Notes under the pieces: model-generated
Told to the model about the DNA's origin: nothing
The model's input: only the letters and a program-made list of their open reading frames with translations
The model's database searches: none
Source: a virus
Length of the DNA stretch: 64,000 nt
Reading direction: 5' to 3' (one strand)
IMG/VR virus record: IMGVR_UViG_3300045988_127579
Translations under genes and position numbers: made by a program
Shown here: positions 1 to 12,052 of the stretch, piece after piece
Numbering within the stretch: the stretch's first letter is position 1
Layout of the letters: each line of letters starts with the position of its first letter

Positions 1-588
1 ATTGATAAAAACATAATAGAGAATTCGGGCGAAAGTCTTTTAAGAGAAACAAATAATTTTTAGATATTTATGACAATGATGAAAGAAAAAGAGATGGTCG
101 ATAAAAAACAAGCATCTATGTAGGTTCTTACATTATTGTTTCCAAAGCAAAATGTTTTATTTACCCCTAGGTCAATTGTTTTACAAGGTGACCCACAAAT
201 AATGATTGACGAAAGCAATTTTAATATATTATAGGAATATATTAAAGAAATATTTTGTTTTAAATCTAATGCTTCGCAAGAAATGGGATTTAATCCTGGA
301 AATGCGGCCGCGAAAAAGATAGCCGATAAATTAATGCGAGGTAGACAACGTGTCGCTGAATTAAACGGCACGGCTAATGCTAGTATATTTAGTTAGTATC
401 TTTCAATGCTCACTATAGGTCTTGATTCAATGTCTTTACAGGATTTAATGGATTTAACAATGTTCCAACTCTATGACCTTGTTGAAAGATATCAACTTTA
501 TATTAATTGGGATATTGATATCCGGTCTAGATTAGCTGGCGCGAAGCCTGATAACAAGCCGGATAACTGGATGAAAAATATCCATTAA
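1..588 (+). CDS. 5'-truncated late gene, head-assembly/scaffold-like, containing 4 in-frame TAG codons (at 61, 121, 232, 394)
   Basis: Frame 1 is open from position 1 to TAA at 586-588 if TAG is sense. The ORF-track entry 406..588 is its C-terminus. The product is helical and acidic, and the gene sits immediately upstream of the major structural gene. Confidence 0.5.
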
Positions 589-612
589 ATTTTTTAAGGA
601 GGAAAAAAACCT

Positions 613-1596
613 ATGAAATTTGGTGTACGCGAAATTTGCGATGTCGTTTTAAAGGCAAAGGCTAATCAAAAGATTGGTAATAAGCAATTTTATAAGAATG
701 AGCCAGTTATTTATTTCGACACTTTAAAGACTTCCAGTATGGAAGGCGCTGCTACCACCGTATACGCACAGGGCGGTCGTGGTAATACTAACTTAGTCGC
801 ATGGGAAGGCGAGCGTACTGTTACCTTCACAATGGAAGATGCTCTTATTTCTCCTGAAGGTTTCATGATTCTTTCCGGTGCTGGTCTTGTTGAGGCTTCT
901 GCTAACAATAAGATTAAGCAACATATTACTCAAACTGTTGATAAGACTAAAGACATTGTCCCTGCTAATACTGGAAAAGACATTAAAACTGATGGACTAA
1001 TCATCCCTGTTTCTTATGCACCTTATCTTGATAAAGAGCATAAAGATGATGACTATGTTTATGTTTTCTTTATGAAAGATGGCGAAATTATTTCTGAGCC
1101 TTATTTAGCACACGAAGGAGTTGCTGAGGGAGACGCCGGTTTTAGTGTTACTGTAAAAGGATTTGATCGTGCTACTGGAGCGGCTTATACCGCTAATGAC
1201 TTGGAAGCTGATTATGCTAAATGCGACTCTGTAATGGTTGATTATTACACTGAGCGTGAATCTGGTGCTAAGCAGATCGAAATTACTGCTGATAAATTTG
1301 GTGGTAACTATTATCTTGAAGCTTCTACTTTATTCCGTAACCAAGACGGCGTAGATATGCCTGCTGAATTTATTATTCCTAACTGTAAGATTCAGTCCAA
1401 CTTTAACTTCACAATGGCTTCTTCTGGTGATCCTTCCACTTTCACCTTTACTATGGATGCGTTCCCTGATTACACTCGTTTCGATCATAGTAAGAAAGTT
1501 TTGGCTGCTATTCAGATTATTGAAGAAGACGAAACTGTTGACAACGATATTCGTAGAAAGACCGCTGCTAATAGCACCATTGCTGTTGGAGGCTAA
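613..1596 (+). CDS. major virion structural protein (capsid or major tail), 327 aa, TAG-free
   Basis: Strongest RBS in the window (TAAGGAGG, 8 nt before ATG). No TAG, TAA or TGA in 327 codons. Position follows a scaffold-like gene and precedes a small basic protein, an SPP1-like layout. Confidence 0.6.
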   Translation: MKFGVREICDVVLKAKANQKIGNKQFYKNEPVIYFDTLKTSSMEGAATTVYAQGGRGNTNLVAWEGERTVTFTMEDALISPEGFMILSGAGLVEASANNKIKQHITQTVDKTKDIVPANTGKDIKTDGLIIPVSYAPYLDKEHKDDDYVYVFFMKDGEIISEPYLAHEGVAEGDAGFSVTVKGFDRATGAAYTANDLEADYAKCDSVMVDYYTERESGAKQIEITADKFGGNYYLEASTLFRNQDGVDMPAEFIIPNCKIQSNFNFTMASSGDPSTFTFTMDAFPDYTRFDHSKKVLAAIQIIEEDETVDNDIRRKTAANSTIAVGG

Positions 1597-1601
1597 TTGA
1601 T

Positions 1602-1784
1602 ATGGTTGTAAAAGGTCCAGTAAAATATACTCCACCAAAACAGCCTAAAAAAGAATCTACTAAAAAGCAGCCAAAAGTAGAAAAGGCTGTAAAGAAAGAG
1701 CTTATCGAGCCTATTGAGGAAGTAATTCTTCAAGAGGAAGATGAGGTAAGTAAGATTTTATCTGAATTAGATAAAAAAGATTAA
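1602..1784 (+). CDS. small Lys-rich protein (60 aa), possibly head-associated
   Basis: GGAGG RBS; ends TAA; followed by a terminator. Confidence 0.5.
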   Translation: MVVKGPVKYTPPKQPKKESTKKQPKVEKAVKKELIEPIEEVILQEEDEVSKILSELDKKD

Positions 1785-1789
1785 TTAAT

Positions 1790-1822
1790 GGGAGAGAATA
1801 GAAATATTCTCTCCCATTTTTT
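1790..1822 (+). terminator. rho-independent terminator
   Basis: Stem GGGAGAGAATA / TATTCTCTCCC with GAAA loop, followed by ATTTTTT. Confidence 0.7.
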
Positions 1823-1845
1823 CGTTATGTGGAAAAGGAGACAAT

Positions 1846-2916
1846 ATGATTATTAAATCAGATGGAAGTATTAAAGGTTCTATTATTAATGAAACTGAAA
1901 AATAGATTATTTAGGATATGAATACTGCTACTTAGTAGGATTGGGGACCTTTATTACAAAAATGGTCGATGGATATTTATAAATGGTTAAATAAAGCAAG
2001 GGCTTATGTAGTATCTCAAAATTCTGTTATAGAAAAATTATCTTCTTCTTTAATTATAACTAATAAAACTGGAAAACAAGAAATTAATTTAGTTGAAATT
2101 AATACTATGAAAAAAATGAGAATTAGTAAAAAAAATATTAATAATAAAGAAATTTTATGGGAAGGATATAGATTATTAAATGAGATAGGTGAAACTTTAC
2201 GTGGAGAAGAAATAATGTATTCTATTACTTTTACTAAAACTGGTGAAACTATAAGTAATTCTAATGAAGTATATACTTGGACTGTTCCAATGAGTGAGTT
2301 TTTTAATTTAGTTAGATTTAGTGAAACTCGTATAACTTTAAGAGATTCAAGTGCTATATATAAAATGATGTAGAAACAAATTTAGAATGATGAAAAAGAT
2401 ACTATGATTGAAAAATGGACTGAATAGAAAATTTAGGATTATGCTTTATTTAATGACGAAGTTAGAAATAATCCAAATTGGGAAAAATGGCATAAAATTA
2501 ATGAAGGTAATATGCTTGAAAGTTATTTAAGACTTTTGAGAAATGGTGGAACTGTATAGGATAGGAATAAAGTAAAAAAAGATTCAGAATATTGGCATAA
2601 ATTAGGAACTGCGGTTTCTTCTACTATGAAGTCTCCTGATGCATTCTTTAAAGGCGGAGATATTGATAACGAACAAATTAAAGGATTACACGCTTCGGTT
2701 ACTAATATTAATACTTTAATGTTAAACTTATAGAAAGTTTTTGCTATTTTAAAAAATGCTAAAATTAATGAAGAAGTTTTAAATAAATATTATAAAAAAA
2801 GCGGATTAAATTTAAAATAGTAGCAAAAAGAAGTAGAACAAGAAGTTATAAATAAATTAACTGATTTCTTTACAAGTAAAATTGATAGAAATATAAATAC
2901 TATAATTGAATTTTGA
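1846..2916 (+). CDS. late structural protein (about 356 aa), TAG-dense with about 14 in-frame TAGs
   Basis: RBS AAAGGAGA + ATG at 1846. Frame 1 runs without TAA/TGA to TGA at 2914-2916. The ORF-track entry 1969..2373 is an internal piece. Confidence 0.6.
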
Positions 2917-2941
2917 CTAAATAAAAAATTTTTTGTATAAT
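2913..2941 (+). promoter_or_regulatory. sigma-A-like promoter: TTGACT, 17-nt spacer, TG-extended TATAAT
   Basis: TTGACT at 2913-2918, spacer AAATAAAAAATTTTTTG, TATAAT at 2936-2941. It shares the AATAAAAAATTTTTT spacer with the early promoters at 63.3 and 63.5 kb. Confidence 0.5.
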
Positions 2942-2968
2942 ATAATAAAGAGTAAAAGGAGGCTAATT

Positions 2969-3502
2969 ATGGCTAAAATTTCATATAATAAATTAGGAAT
3001 TACTAAAGATGAACTTAATAGAGTTCAAACTGTTGAATATAATGATTAGACTATTGAGGTAAAGCAATATCTTCCTATTGCGGAAAAGAGTGAATTGATT
3101 ACTCGTGTATTGAATAATTCAGTGGATGAAAATACTGGATATTATAATCTTTTAAAGTTAGATATGAATCTTGGTTTAGAAATTGTTTATGCTTATAGTA
3201 ATATTTCATTTACCGAAAAACAAAAGGAAGATCCAATGAAGCTTTATGATATGCTTAATGCTTCTAAAGTACTTAATCTTATTATTGGCCTTGTGCCAGA
3301 TGGAGAATTTTATTATTTAAATAAAACAACTCATGAGATGGCTAATAATATTGTGACATATCGCAACTCTGTAATGGGTATTATGGAAGCAATTTCTACT
3401 GATTATAGTAATTTAGATTTGGATGCAACAGATATTCAAAAGAAGTTAAATGATCCAGATAATATGGCTTTATTAAAAGATGTGCTTACTAAATTGGGCT
3501 AA
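2969..3502 (+). CDS. putative tail assembly chaperone (about 177 aa), with an in-frame TAG
   Basis: RBS AAAGGAGG; frame 2 joins ATG 2969 to the ORF 3095..3502. The call rests only on its position immediately upstream of the tape measure gene. Confidence 0.45.
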
Positions 3503-3547
3503 TTAAATTAGTTAATAATATTATTTTTTGAAAAATAATAGAGTGAT

Positions 3548-3590
3548 GGGGATAAGAGTATAATTGCTCTTATCCCCGTTTTATTTTTAT
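3548..3590 (+). terminator. rho-independent terminator
   Basis: Stem GGGGATAAGAG / CTCTTATCCCC followed by GTTTTATTTTT. Confidence 0.65.
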
Positions 3591-3624
3591 ATAAAGATAA
3601 AACTTGGAGAGAAAGGAGATTTCT

Positions 3625-6600
3625 ATGGCTAAACAATTAAATAGTTATTAGGTTAATTTACAGTTTACTGCTGATTCTAAATAGGCTCAACAATAGTTGA
3701 AAGATTTACAAGAATAGCTTAATAATTTAACAAAAAATGTTAACAGCTATGGTAATTTAAGTTTATCGCAAGAAATTCAAAAAGCCTTGCCTTATGTTAG
3801 TGAATTACAAGGGATGTTAGTTACTTGTCGAACAGAGGCGGGGACTATTGATTTAGGAAAATTTAATCAATCATTAAAAAAAAGTGGAAGAACTATTAGT
3901 GAGTATGGAGATTAGCTACAAATTTTAGGTAGAGAAGGCGAATAGGCTTTCGCTAATTTAGCAAAATCTATTTCTACGGCGGAGTTGCCTTTAAAAAGAA
4001 GTAACGCTTTATTAAAAGAATTTGGAACTACTTTAGCTAACACGGCTCGTTGGCAAATATCTTCAAGTATTTTACATGGCTTTATGGGAGCAGTATAGTC
4101 TGCTTATTATTATGCTTAGGATTTAAATAAATCTTTAAATAATATTCGTATTGTTACCGGGCAAAGCGCCGATTAGATGGCAAAATTTGCAGTTTAGGCA
4201 AATAAAGCCGCTAAGGAGTTAAGCACTACAACTACTAAATATACTGATGCAGCCTTAATTTATTATCAGTAGGGTTTAAATGATGAATAGGTAAAAGAGC
4301 GCACTGATATTACTATAAAAATGGCAAATGTTGCTCGTGAAAGTGCTGAAATTGTTTCAGACCAAATGACTGCCGTTTGGAATAACTTTTATGATGGAAG
4401 TTAGTCATTAGAGCATTATGCTGATGCTATGGTGCGTTTAGGTGCAGATACCTCATCTAGCTCTGATGAGATTGCTGGCGGTCTGGAAAAATTCGCTGCA
4501 GTTGCTAATACAATTGGTTTAAGCTTTGATAATGCAGCAGCTGCACTGGCTACCATTACTGCTACTACTCGTCAAAGTGAAGACGTTGTAGGTACTGCTT
4601 TAAAAACGATTTTTGCTCGTATTCAAGGTTTAAAACTTGGTGAAACTTTAGAAGATGGCACTACATTAAATCAATATTCATAGGCTCTTGAAAAAGTTGG
4701 AATTAATATCAAAGATTCTAATGGTGAATTAAAAGATATGGATAATATCATCGAAGAGATGGGCAATAAATGGTAGAATATTGATAAAGATTAGCAAGTA
4801 GCTTTAGCGCAATAGGTTGCGGGTGTTCGTCAATATACTCAATTAATTGCTTTGATGGATCACTTTGATTATTATAAAGAAAATCTTGCTAGGGCACAGA
4901 GTGCTGATAGGTCTCTTCAAGAACAAGCTGATATTTATGCAGAATCTTGGGAGGCTGCTAGAGATAGAGTTACTGCTTCTTTAGAAACTATTTATGACTA
5001 GCTATTGGATGATAAAGCTTTTATTCAATTAACTAATATTTTTGCAAAATTATTAAATGCTATTAGTTAGTTAATCAAAGCGTTAGGAGGACTTCCTGGA
5101 GTTTTATCCATTATTGGAACTATTGGATTTAAAGTATTTGGGAATGATATTACAAAATCTATTCAACGAATGATGTATAATATTAAAATTTCTTCTAAAA
5201 ATGGAATAGATGAAATTGTAAAAATGCGTCAAGAAGCTAATAATAAATTAAGATCTATTATGGCAGATAATGTTGATTAGGGGCCTGATTATTCTACTCG
5301 CAGTGATATTTATACTTAGTAGGCTAATTTACAAGATGTTTTAATTTAGAAACAAAGAGAATTAATTGCTTAGGGAAGTTAGTTGACTGAAGAAGAATAG
5401 GCGTAGGCTAAATTTATTATAGATATTAATGAAAAACTTGGAGAACGAGCAATTAAGAGTGCTCAAGATTTAGAACAATAGCAAAAAATAACTCGTCAAT
5501 TAGAAAGATAGTTTGAAACGCAAATTAGGATGAAACAAGGGAATGTTTAGGATTATAGATCTTAGATAAATTCCACTAAACAGAATTTTGTTTTATCTAG
5601 CGTTTTAGATGATTTCCAAAGTGCTACAAGAGATATTGAAAATTTAGATGAATTAAAAGAAAAACTCCAACAGGTTCGTGATAAAACTTCTTAGTTAGGG
5701 ATGTCTTTTAATAATTTAGATAATATTCTTAATGGGACTTATAATACAACTGAAGAATTTAGAAATTAGTTAAATAGTTTAATTACTATTACAGAAAATG
5801 AAGCTAATTCAGCATTTTCATAGTTACGAAGCACTTTAGAAGGTACTTAGATGACTGAAGAACAGATTGAAAATACTATTAATTCACTACAAGATTCATA
5901 TTCTTCTATGGTTATTGAAATTCTTAATAATGTATAGGCTACTAATAGAGCCACTGATGCTAATCAAGAATATATTAATACTATAAATTCTTTTAAGGGA
6001 GTATTGCCCTCAGCAGAAGCAGGAGTAGCTTCTTTTGCTTAGGGATTAAGCAGTATTGCTATGGCAATAACTTCTATAAAAGGAATTGTAGATACATGGA
6101 ATAATGATGAAATTGGTATTGGAGATAAATTACTTTCAACCGTAACTGCTTTATCTATTGCCTTACCCTTATTAATGAATTCTTTAAATAAGACTTCAAT
6201 TGCTAATATGGGAATGTTATCTAGTTCTTTAATGACTGCTGTTGGATTAAATGGATAGGCCTTAGAACAAGAAGCGTTAAATTTAGTTACTTTAAAAGGA
6301 GCAGCAGCTTTTAAATTAGCAATTAAGGTATTTACTAAATCTTTAGGGCCAATAGCTTTGGTTGGTGCCGCTATTGGTGCGTTAGTGTTTATTATTAAAT
6401 CTGCTATAGATGAATATAATAAAGCAGATAATAATTTAAAATCTGCTAGTGAAACAGTAGAAAAATTAACTGAAAAATACAATGAATTAACTTCATCAAT
6501 TGAAGAATTTAAAAATAAAGCTAATGATTATACTACAGCCGTTGAGGCGCTTAATGGGTTAGATAAAAAAACATAGGAGTATACAGATTCTTTAGAATCA

Positions 6601-9600
6601 GCTAATGAGAAAGCTAAAGAACTAATTGAAACTTATAGATTATGGGACAAATATGAAATTAAAGATGGCTTAATTGTTTTTGATACAGGAGCTATTGAAG
6701 AAGCTCAAAAGAAGATTAATGATACTGCAAATAATATAAAAGTTCTTTAGTAGAGTGCTAAAATTGATGTTGAATCTGCTAAAAAAGAAGTTTCTAATAC
6801 TGATTTAAGTAGAAATATTGGTAAAGTAAAGCGAGAAGGAAACTCTGGCACAATTACAAATGGTGAAATTGAATTAATTACTCAATTTGCTATTGAAGCA
6901 TAGAAAGAAAGTATAAAAACTCATAAGAGTTAGGATGAAATTTTAAGACAAAAATTAGAAGAAAATACAACGTTTTATTCTGAGAGTATTGATAAAATTA
7001 TGGAAAGTAGTGATGCTTTCTTTAATTTAGCAGATAGTATTACTGAAGCCACTAAAGCTACTGATTATTATAGTAATGAAATATTAAAAAGTAAAAATAT
7101 TCAAAATAATTCTGGACGAGTTGAAAAGATTACTGATAATATTGTTTTATAGGATTATATTTATGCTGCTGAAGCAGGATATTAGCGTCAAATTCTTAAA
7201 AATAACGGTAAAGATTTTACTAATTTAACTTTGCCAGCTCATAATAATAATGCTGATTTAAATATAAATAATGATAAAGAATTAGCAAAAGCTTATGCAA
7301 GAGAAGTTTTAGGATTAACAGAAGAAGAGTTAGGTCAATATATTTATAGTGGTGGGACTGGAAAAGGAACTTTAAAGAATATAAACGGAACTGTTCTTTT
7401 TGAAGACGAAAATGATTCTTATATGCGAGAATAGATCGCTAGGAAAAGAGCAACAGATGAAATTTTTAATTCTTTAGAAAATAATGATTCTTATAATTTA
7501 GGAGAATTTGATAAATCTATTGAAAGCCTTCTTAAGAAAACAGAATTTTTTGATAAAACATTTGGTGCTAATTTTTCATAGGCAATTCTTGATAGTCTAG
7601 CAAATGCCGAAAGTGGTTTAGATTTAACTTCTATTTTATCTGAATTGTCTCCTGATTAGGTTGAAGAATTAAAACAACTTGGATCAGATGGATTTGCAGA
7701 AGCTTTAGGATTAACTAAAGAACAAATGGAATCTTTAGGATTAAATGATGGAGAAGCTTGGCTAGAAGGATTCGAAAATAGTTTAAATAATTATAATCCT
7801 GATAATTATAATTAGAGAATTGTTGACGCTGCCAAAACGGGCGAAAAAAATGCTTCTAATTTAATCAGTGGATTATAGAGTGGAGATGTTACTCAAGAAA
7901 ATATTTCTTCTAATGAAGATTATTCTAACTTGATATAGCAATTAGAAATAATAAAAAAACAATATCCTGAATTAGAATCTGCGGCTTTAGAATTATCTCA
8001 TACTTGGAATGTTGGTAGTCAAACTTATTATGAAGCTTTAGAACAAGTCCAAGATAAAATGGCTGAAATCAAATTAAATGATTTAAATAAAGATTCAGAT
8101 AAACTTCTTAAAGAACTTCAACAAAATTTATAGATCATAAATAAAAAAGAAGGAGTAAATGTTACTGTAGAGGCTGATCTTAGTAAATTTAAAGATTCTA
8201 TGGATGAATTAGCGGATTAGCAATATAGTATAAATGTTGAAGTTCATGGCCAAGCAGAACAAGAATTTAATAGTATTACGAATGCTATTAAAGATATGAA
8301 TACTTAGGCTTCTAAAATTGGTCCTAATTATACTGTTGCTGCTGATGACATTCGAGAATTAAATAATGTTTTTCCTGGCATTATTGAAGGAATGACAATA
8401 GCTAAAGATGGATCAGCTAAATTAAAAGAAAGTGTTGTTAAAGATTGTTTTGATGCTGCTAAAGCAGAAATTGCTGCTGACGCTGAAGCTACTGTTGAAT
8501 AGTTAAATAATTAGGCTACTTTATTAGAAGCGAAAGCCGTAAATTATAAAAATATAGCTCATTTAGCAGAAATTCTTGCCACAGCTGAAAATTTAAGTGC
8601 TCAGGAGTCTGCTGCTATTAGAAGTAGTATTTCTGGTAATTTAGCTGAATTAGAATCAAAAAATAGTAAAGATACAACTGATACATAGGCTGATAATCAA
8701 GAAATTGTTGCCAATTCTTCAAAAGATAACGCTAAAGTTGTAGCGGAAAATTGGTAGAAAGCTTTTAAATCAGCGGCATAGAATTCTGTAGATTTTGCTA
8801 ATACTGCTATAAATAATATGAAAAAAGCAGTTAGCGGAAAAGGAAAAGGAAAACTAGAAGGAAAATTCTAGGTCGATTATAAAGGGTCAACGGGTGTTAG
8901 CGCCGAAGCAAAAGTCTTAGAAGATGCATAGAAGACGTTAGATGAAGCATTAGCAGATGGAGAAAATACTTCCAAAGAAACTTGGGCTAAAATTGCAGCT
9001 ACTTATAATTCCCTTTATGCTTCTACTATGGCATAGGCGAATGATATTCGCGGAATGATTGCTTCTGTTGGAGCATCAACTTTAGAAACCAATAATGCTT
9101 TTAAAAATCTTGGAAAAAATGCGTCTGGGACTGCTAAAGAATTACAAAAAGTCGCTAAGCGCTATCATGAAATAACTCGTGAAATTCAATATTATCAAAA
9201 ACTTTTAGATAAATTAGCGGATAGTAAAGATAAACTTTATGGAAAAGCTAAAATTGATAATATAAATCAAGAAATTGAAGCTAATAAAAAATTAATTGAT
9301 TTATAGTCTTAGTTGTATAATTTAATTTTAGCAAATGTGGCTGTAGACCGGCAGGAAGTCCAAAAGCAGTTTGGTGGATAGGCAATTTTTAATAAGGACA
9401 CATTAGAAATTGATAATTATACTACTTTATATAATAAAGCTACTACTGATAAACAAAGAGAAGCTTTAGAACAATATGAAGAAACTTTAGATAAATTAAA
9501 AGAGCAGGAAAAAGCTTTAATTGATTTAAAGAATACAGTTCAAGAATTACATTATGAAAAATTAACTTATGAAGTTGAAGTAAAAATTCAATTAGATGAA

Positions 9601-11937
9601 AATGATACTAAAAAATTAGAATATTATTTTGATAAATTAAGTGATAATATTTATAAAGCTGCTGAAGCTCTTGGATATTTACAAGGTCAATTTGATCCAG
9701 TAATTAGCCAATTAGGAACTTATGAAAATTTCTATGGTTAGTTAAACAATGCTTATTCTAATGGAGAAATTTCTCAAGAAAATTATATTGAAGGCTTACA
9801 AGATGTATATGATAATACATTAGATAATTTAAATGCTTTGTAGGATTTAGATAAAGAAATGCTTGAATATTATGGTAATACTATAGATTTAGCAAATGAT
9901 GAATTATCTAAATATACAGATCATATGGAGCATTTAACTAGTGTATTGGATCATTATTGTTCTATTATTACTTTGTTAGGTAAAGACAAAGATTATGATA
10001 AAGTTTTATCAGTTTTGAATGGAACTGCTTAGACTAAGAAAAATAATTTTGATACTTCTAAACAATGGTATGAAAGCTTGAAGCGTGAACGTGATGCAGC
10101 AGCCGCAACTTTAGCCAGTTCAACCGATGAGGCTGAGCGTGAAGTGCTTCAAAAGAATTATGATGCTATATTAGCTGCATTCGATGAAGCGGAAGAAGAT
10201 ATGCTTTCTAAAGCTGAAGAATATGGTGAAGCATTAAAAGAAATCCTTACTACAAAGATGGAACAAGCTGCGGATGAAATGAATAAGCAATTAAGCACTA
10301 CCAAAGTGAGTATTAATGGTAATAACTTTAATATTTCCGGTTGGGATGCTTTAAATGATGCTTTGGATAGAATGTCTTCTTACCAAGATGAATATTTAAC
10401 AAAAACTAATTAGATTTATGAAATGAATAAACTACTTAATAATGTTAATTAGGCTATTGATAAGACAAATAATCAAGCAGCTAAAAATAGATACCAGCAA
10501 TTTACTAAAGAAATTGAGTAGTTAAGAGATAAAGATAAATTAAGTCAATTAGAATTAGAAATTGCTTAGGCTAAATATAAAGTGCTTGAAGCGCAAATCG
10601 CGTTAGAGGAAGCTCAAAACGCAAAATCCACAGTTAGATTACAACGTGATAATGAGGGTAATTTTGGTTATGTGTATACCGCAGACCAAGAGAAAGTAAA
10701 TGATGCGCAATAGGCTTTGGCGGACGCGGAAAATGATTTATATAACATTCGCCTTGATGCGACAAATAAATATGGTCAACAAAAACTTCAATATGAGAAA
10801 GAGTTGGCTGACAAACTTGCGGAACTTAATTAGAAAGCCGCGGAAGATGCTGTTTACCGTGAGACTACATATCAGCAAGAACGTGCGTTAGTAATTCAAC
10901 AATATACTGATTTAATTACTACTGCTGGAAATCTTTATGCGAAAGCTCAAGAAGAGGATAGTAGAGTCGTTCAAGACGCTTGGGTAAATTCTTTTGATAT
11001 TATCAAAGATAATAGTAATAGTTGGAAAGATACTATTACTGAAAACACTAATATTATCAATGATACATTTAAAGAATGGCAAGATAGCATGGATGAAATT
11101 AGTAAAATTGTTGGTGATGATTTAAAAGATACTCAATAGAAAGTTAAAGATGTTACTGATGAAAGTAATAAACTTTATCAAGAAGTATCTAATAAAGTTA
11201 TCCCCGCTCTTGAAGGTGAGTTAAGTTCCGTTCGTAGTGCCACTGAAGCTTGGGCACAACATCGTCAGCAATTACTTGATACTATTAGAGCTTATGAAGA
11301 GCTTTTGAACGCCATTCAAGCGACATTGCGCGCTTAGAGTGGATTTGGTAGCGATAGTAGTAATTCTTCAACAAGAGTTGATTGGTCTGAAAAAATGGGT
11401 CAAGTTGAATATGGTTCTGATAAATATAATGAATATTATCAAAATCGTGAAGATGTTATTAAAGGAGGATATGACATTAAAACAGCTACAAATGCTCGTG
11501 TTAATGCTTTTTATCAAAAAGGATTGACATTACCAATTACCCGCAATGGAAAAACTTATACTCATTTTACTGATATTCCTGATAGCGTTTGGAAACAATT
11601 AGTTGGGTTTAGAAGTGGCGGCTATACTGGCACTTGGAATGATGGTGGAAAATTAGCGTTCTTACATTAGAAAGAATTAGTTCTTAATGCTGATGACACG
11701 GAAAATATGTTAGCTTCTATCCAATTAGTTAGATAGATCGCGAAACAATTAGATTTCAATAGTCAACAAATTTCTACTCTTTCTTCTTCTGGATTTACTG
11801 TTAGTTCTCAAGATGGAACATTAGAATAGAATGTTAGAATTGAAGCTAATTTCCCGAACGCAACTGATAGATACGAAATTCAAGAAGCATTTAATACATT
11901 AGTTAATGTAGCTTCTCAGTATGCCAATAGAAAATAA
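3625..11937 (+). CDS. tail tape measure protein, about 2770 aa, with more than 100 in-frame TAG codons
   Basis: RBS AAAGGAGA + ATG 3625. All six ORF-track pieces (4429, 6358, 7231, 9055, 10078, 11395) lie in frame 1. The segments I spot-translated contain TAG but no TAA/TGA until TAA at 11935-11937. The translation is tape-measure-like, helical and Gln/Ala-rich (for example LIYYQQGLNDEQVKERTDITIKMANVARESAEIV). Confidence 0.85.
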
Positions 11938-11941
11938 AATT

Positions 11942-11980
11942 AAGGGTGAAGTCTTATAGGCTTCACCCTTTTTCTTTTTG
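11942..11980 (+). terminator. rho-independent terminator
   Basis: Stem AAGGGTGAAG / CTTCACCCTT followed by TTTCTTTTT. Confidence 0.7.
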
Positions 11981-12052
11981 GGTAATTATATTGAATAAAA
12001 CTAATTAATTTTTTAGAAAATTATAGAGTAATGAGTAAAAGGAGGGATTATT

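Noticed and set aside
60-371. 103-aa - strand ORF
   Set aside because: It lies antisense to the continuous TAG-recoded + strand gene 1-588 and has no RBS or recognisable features.
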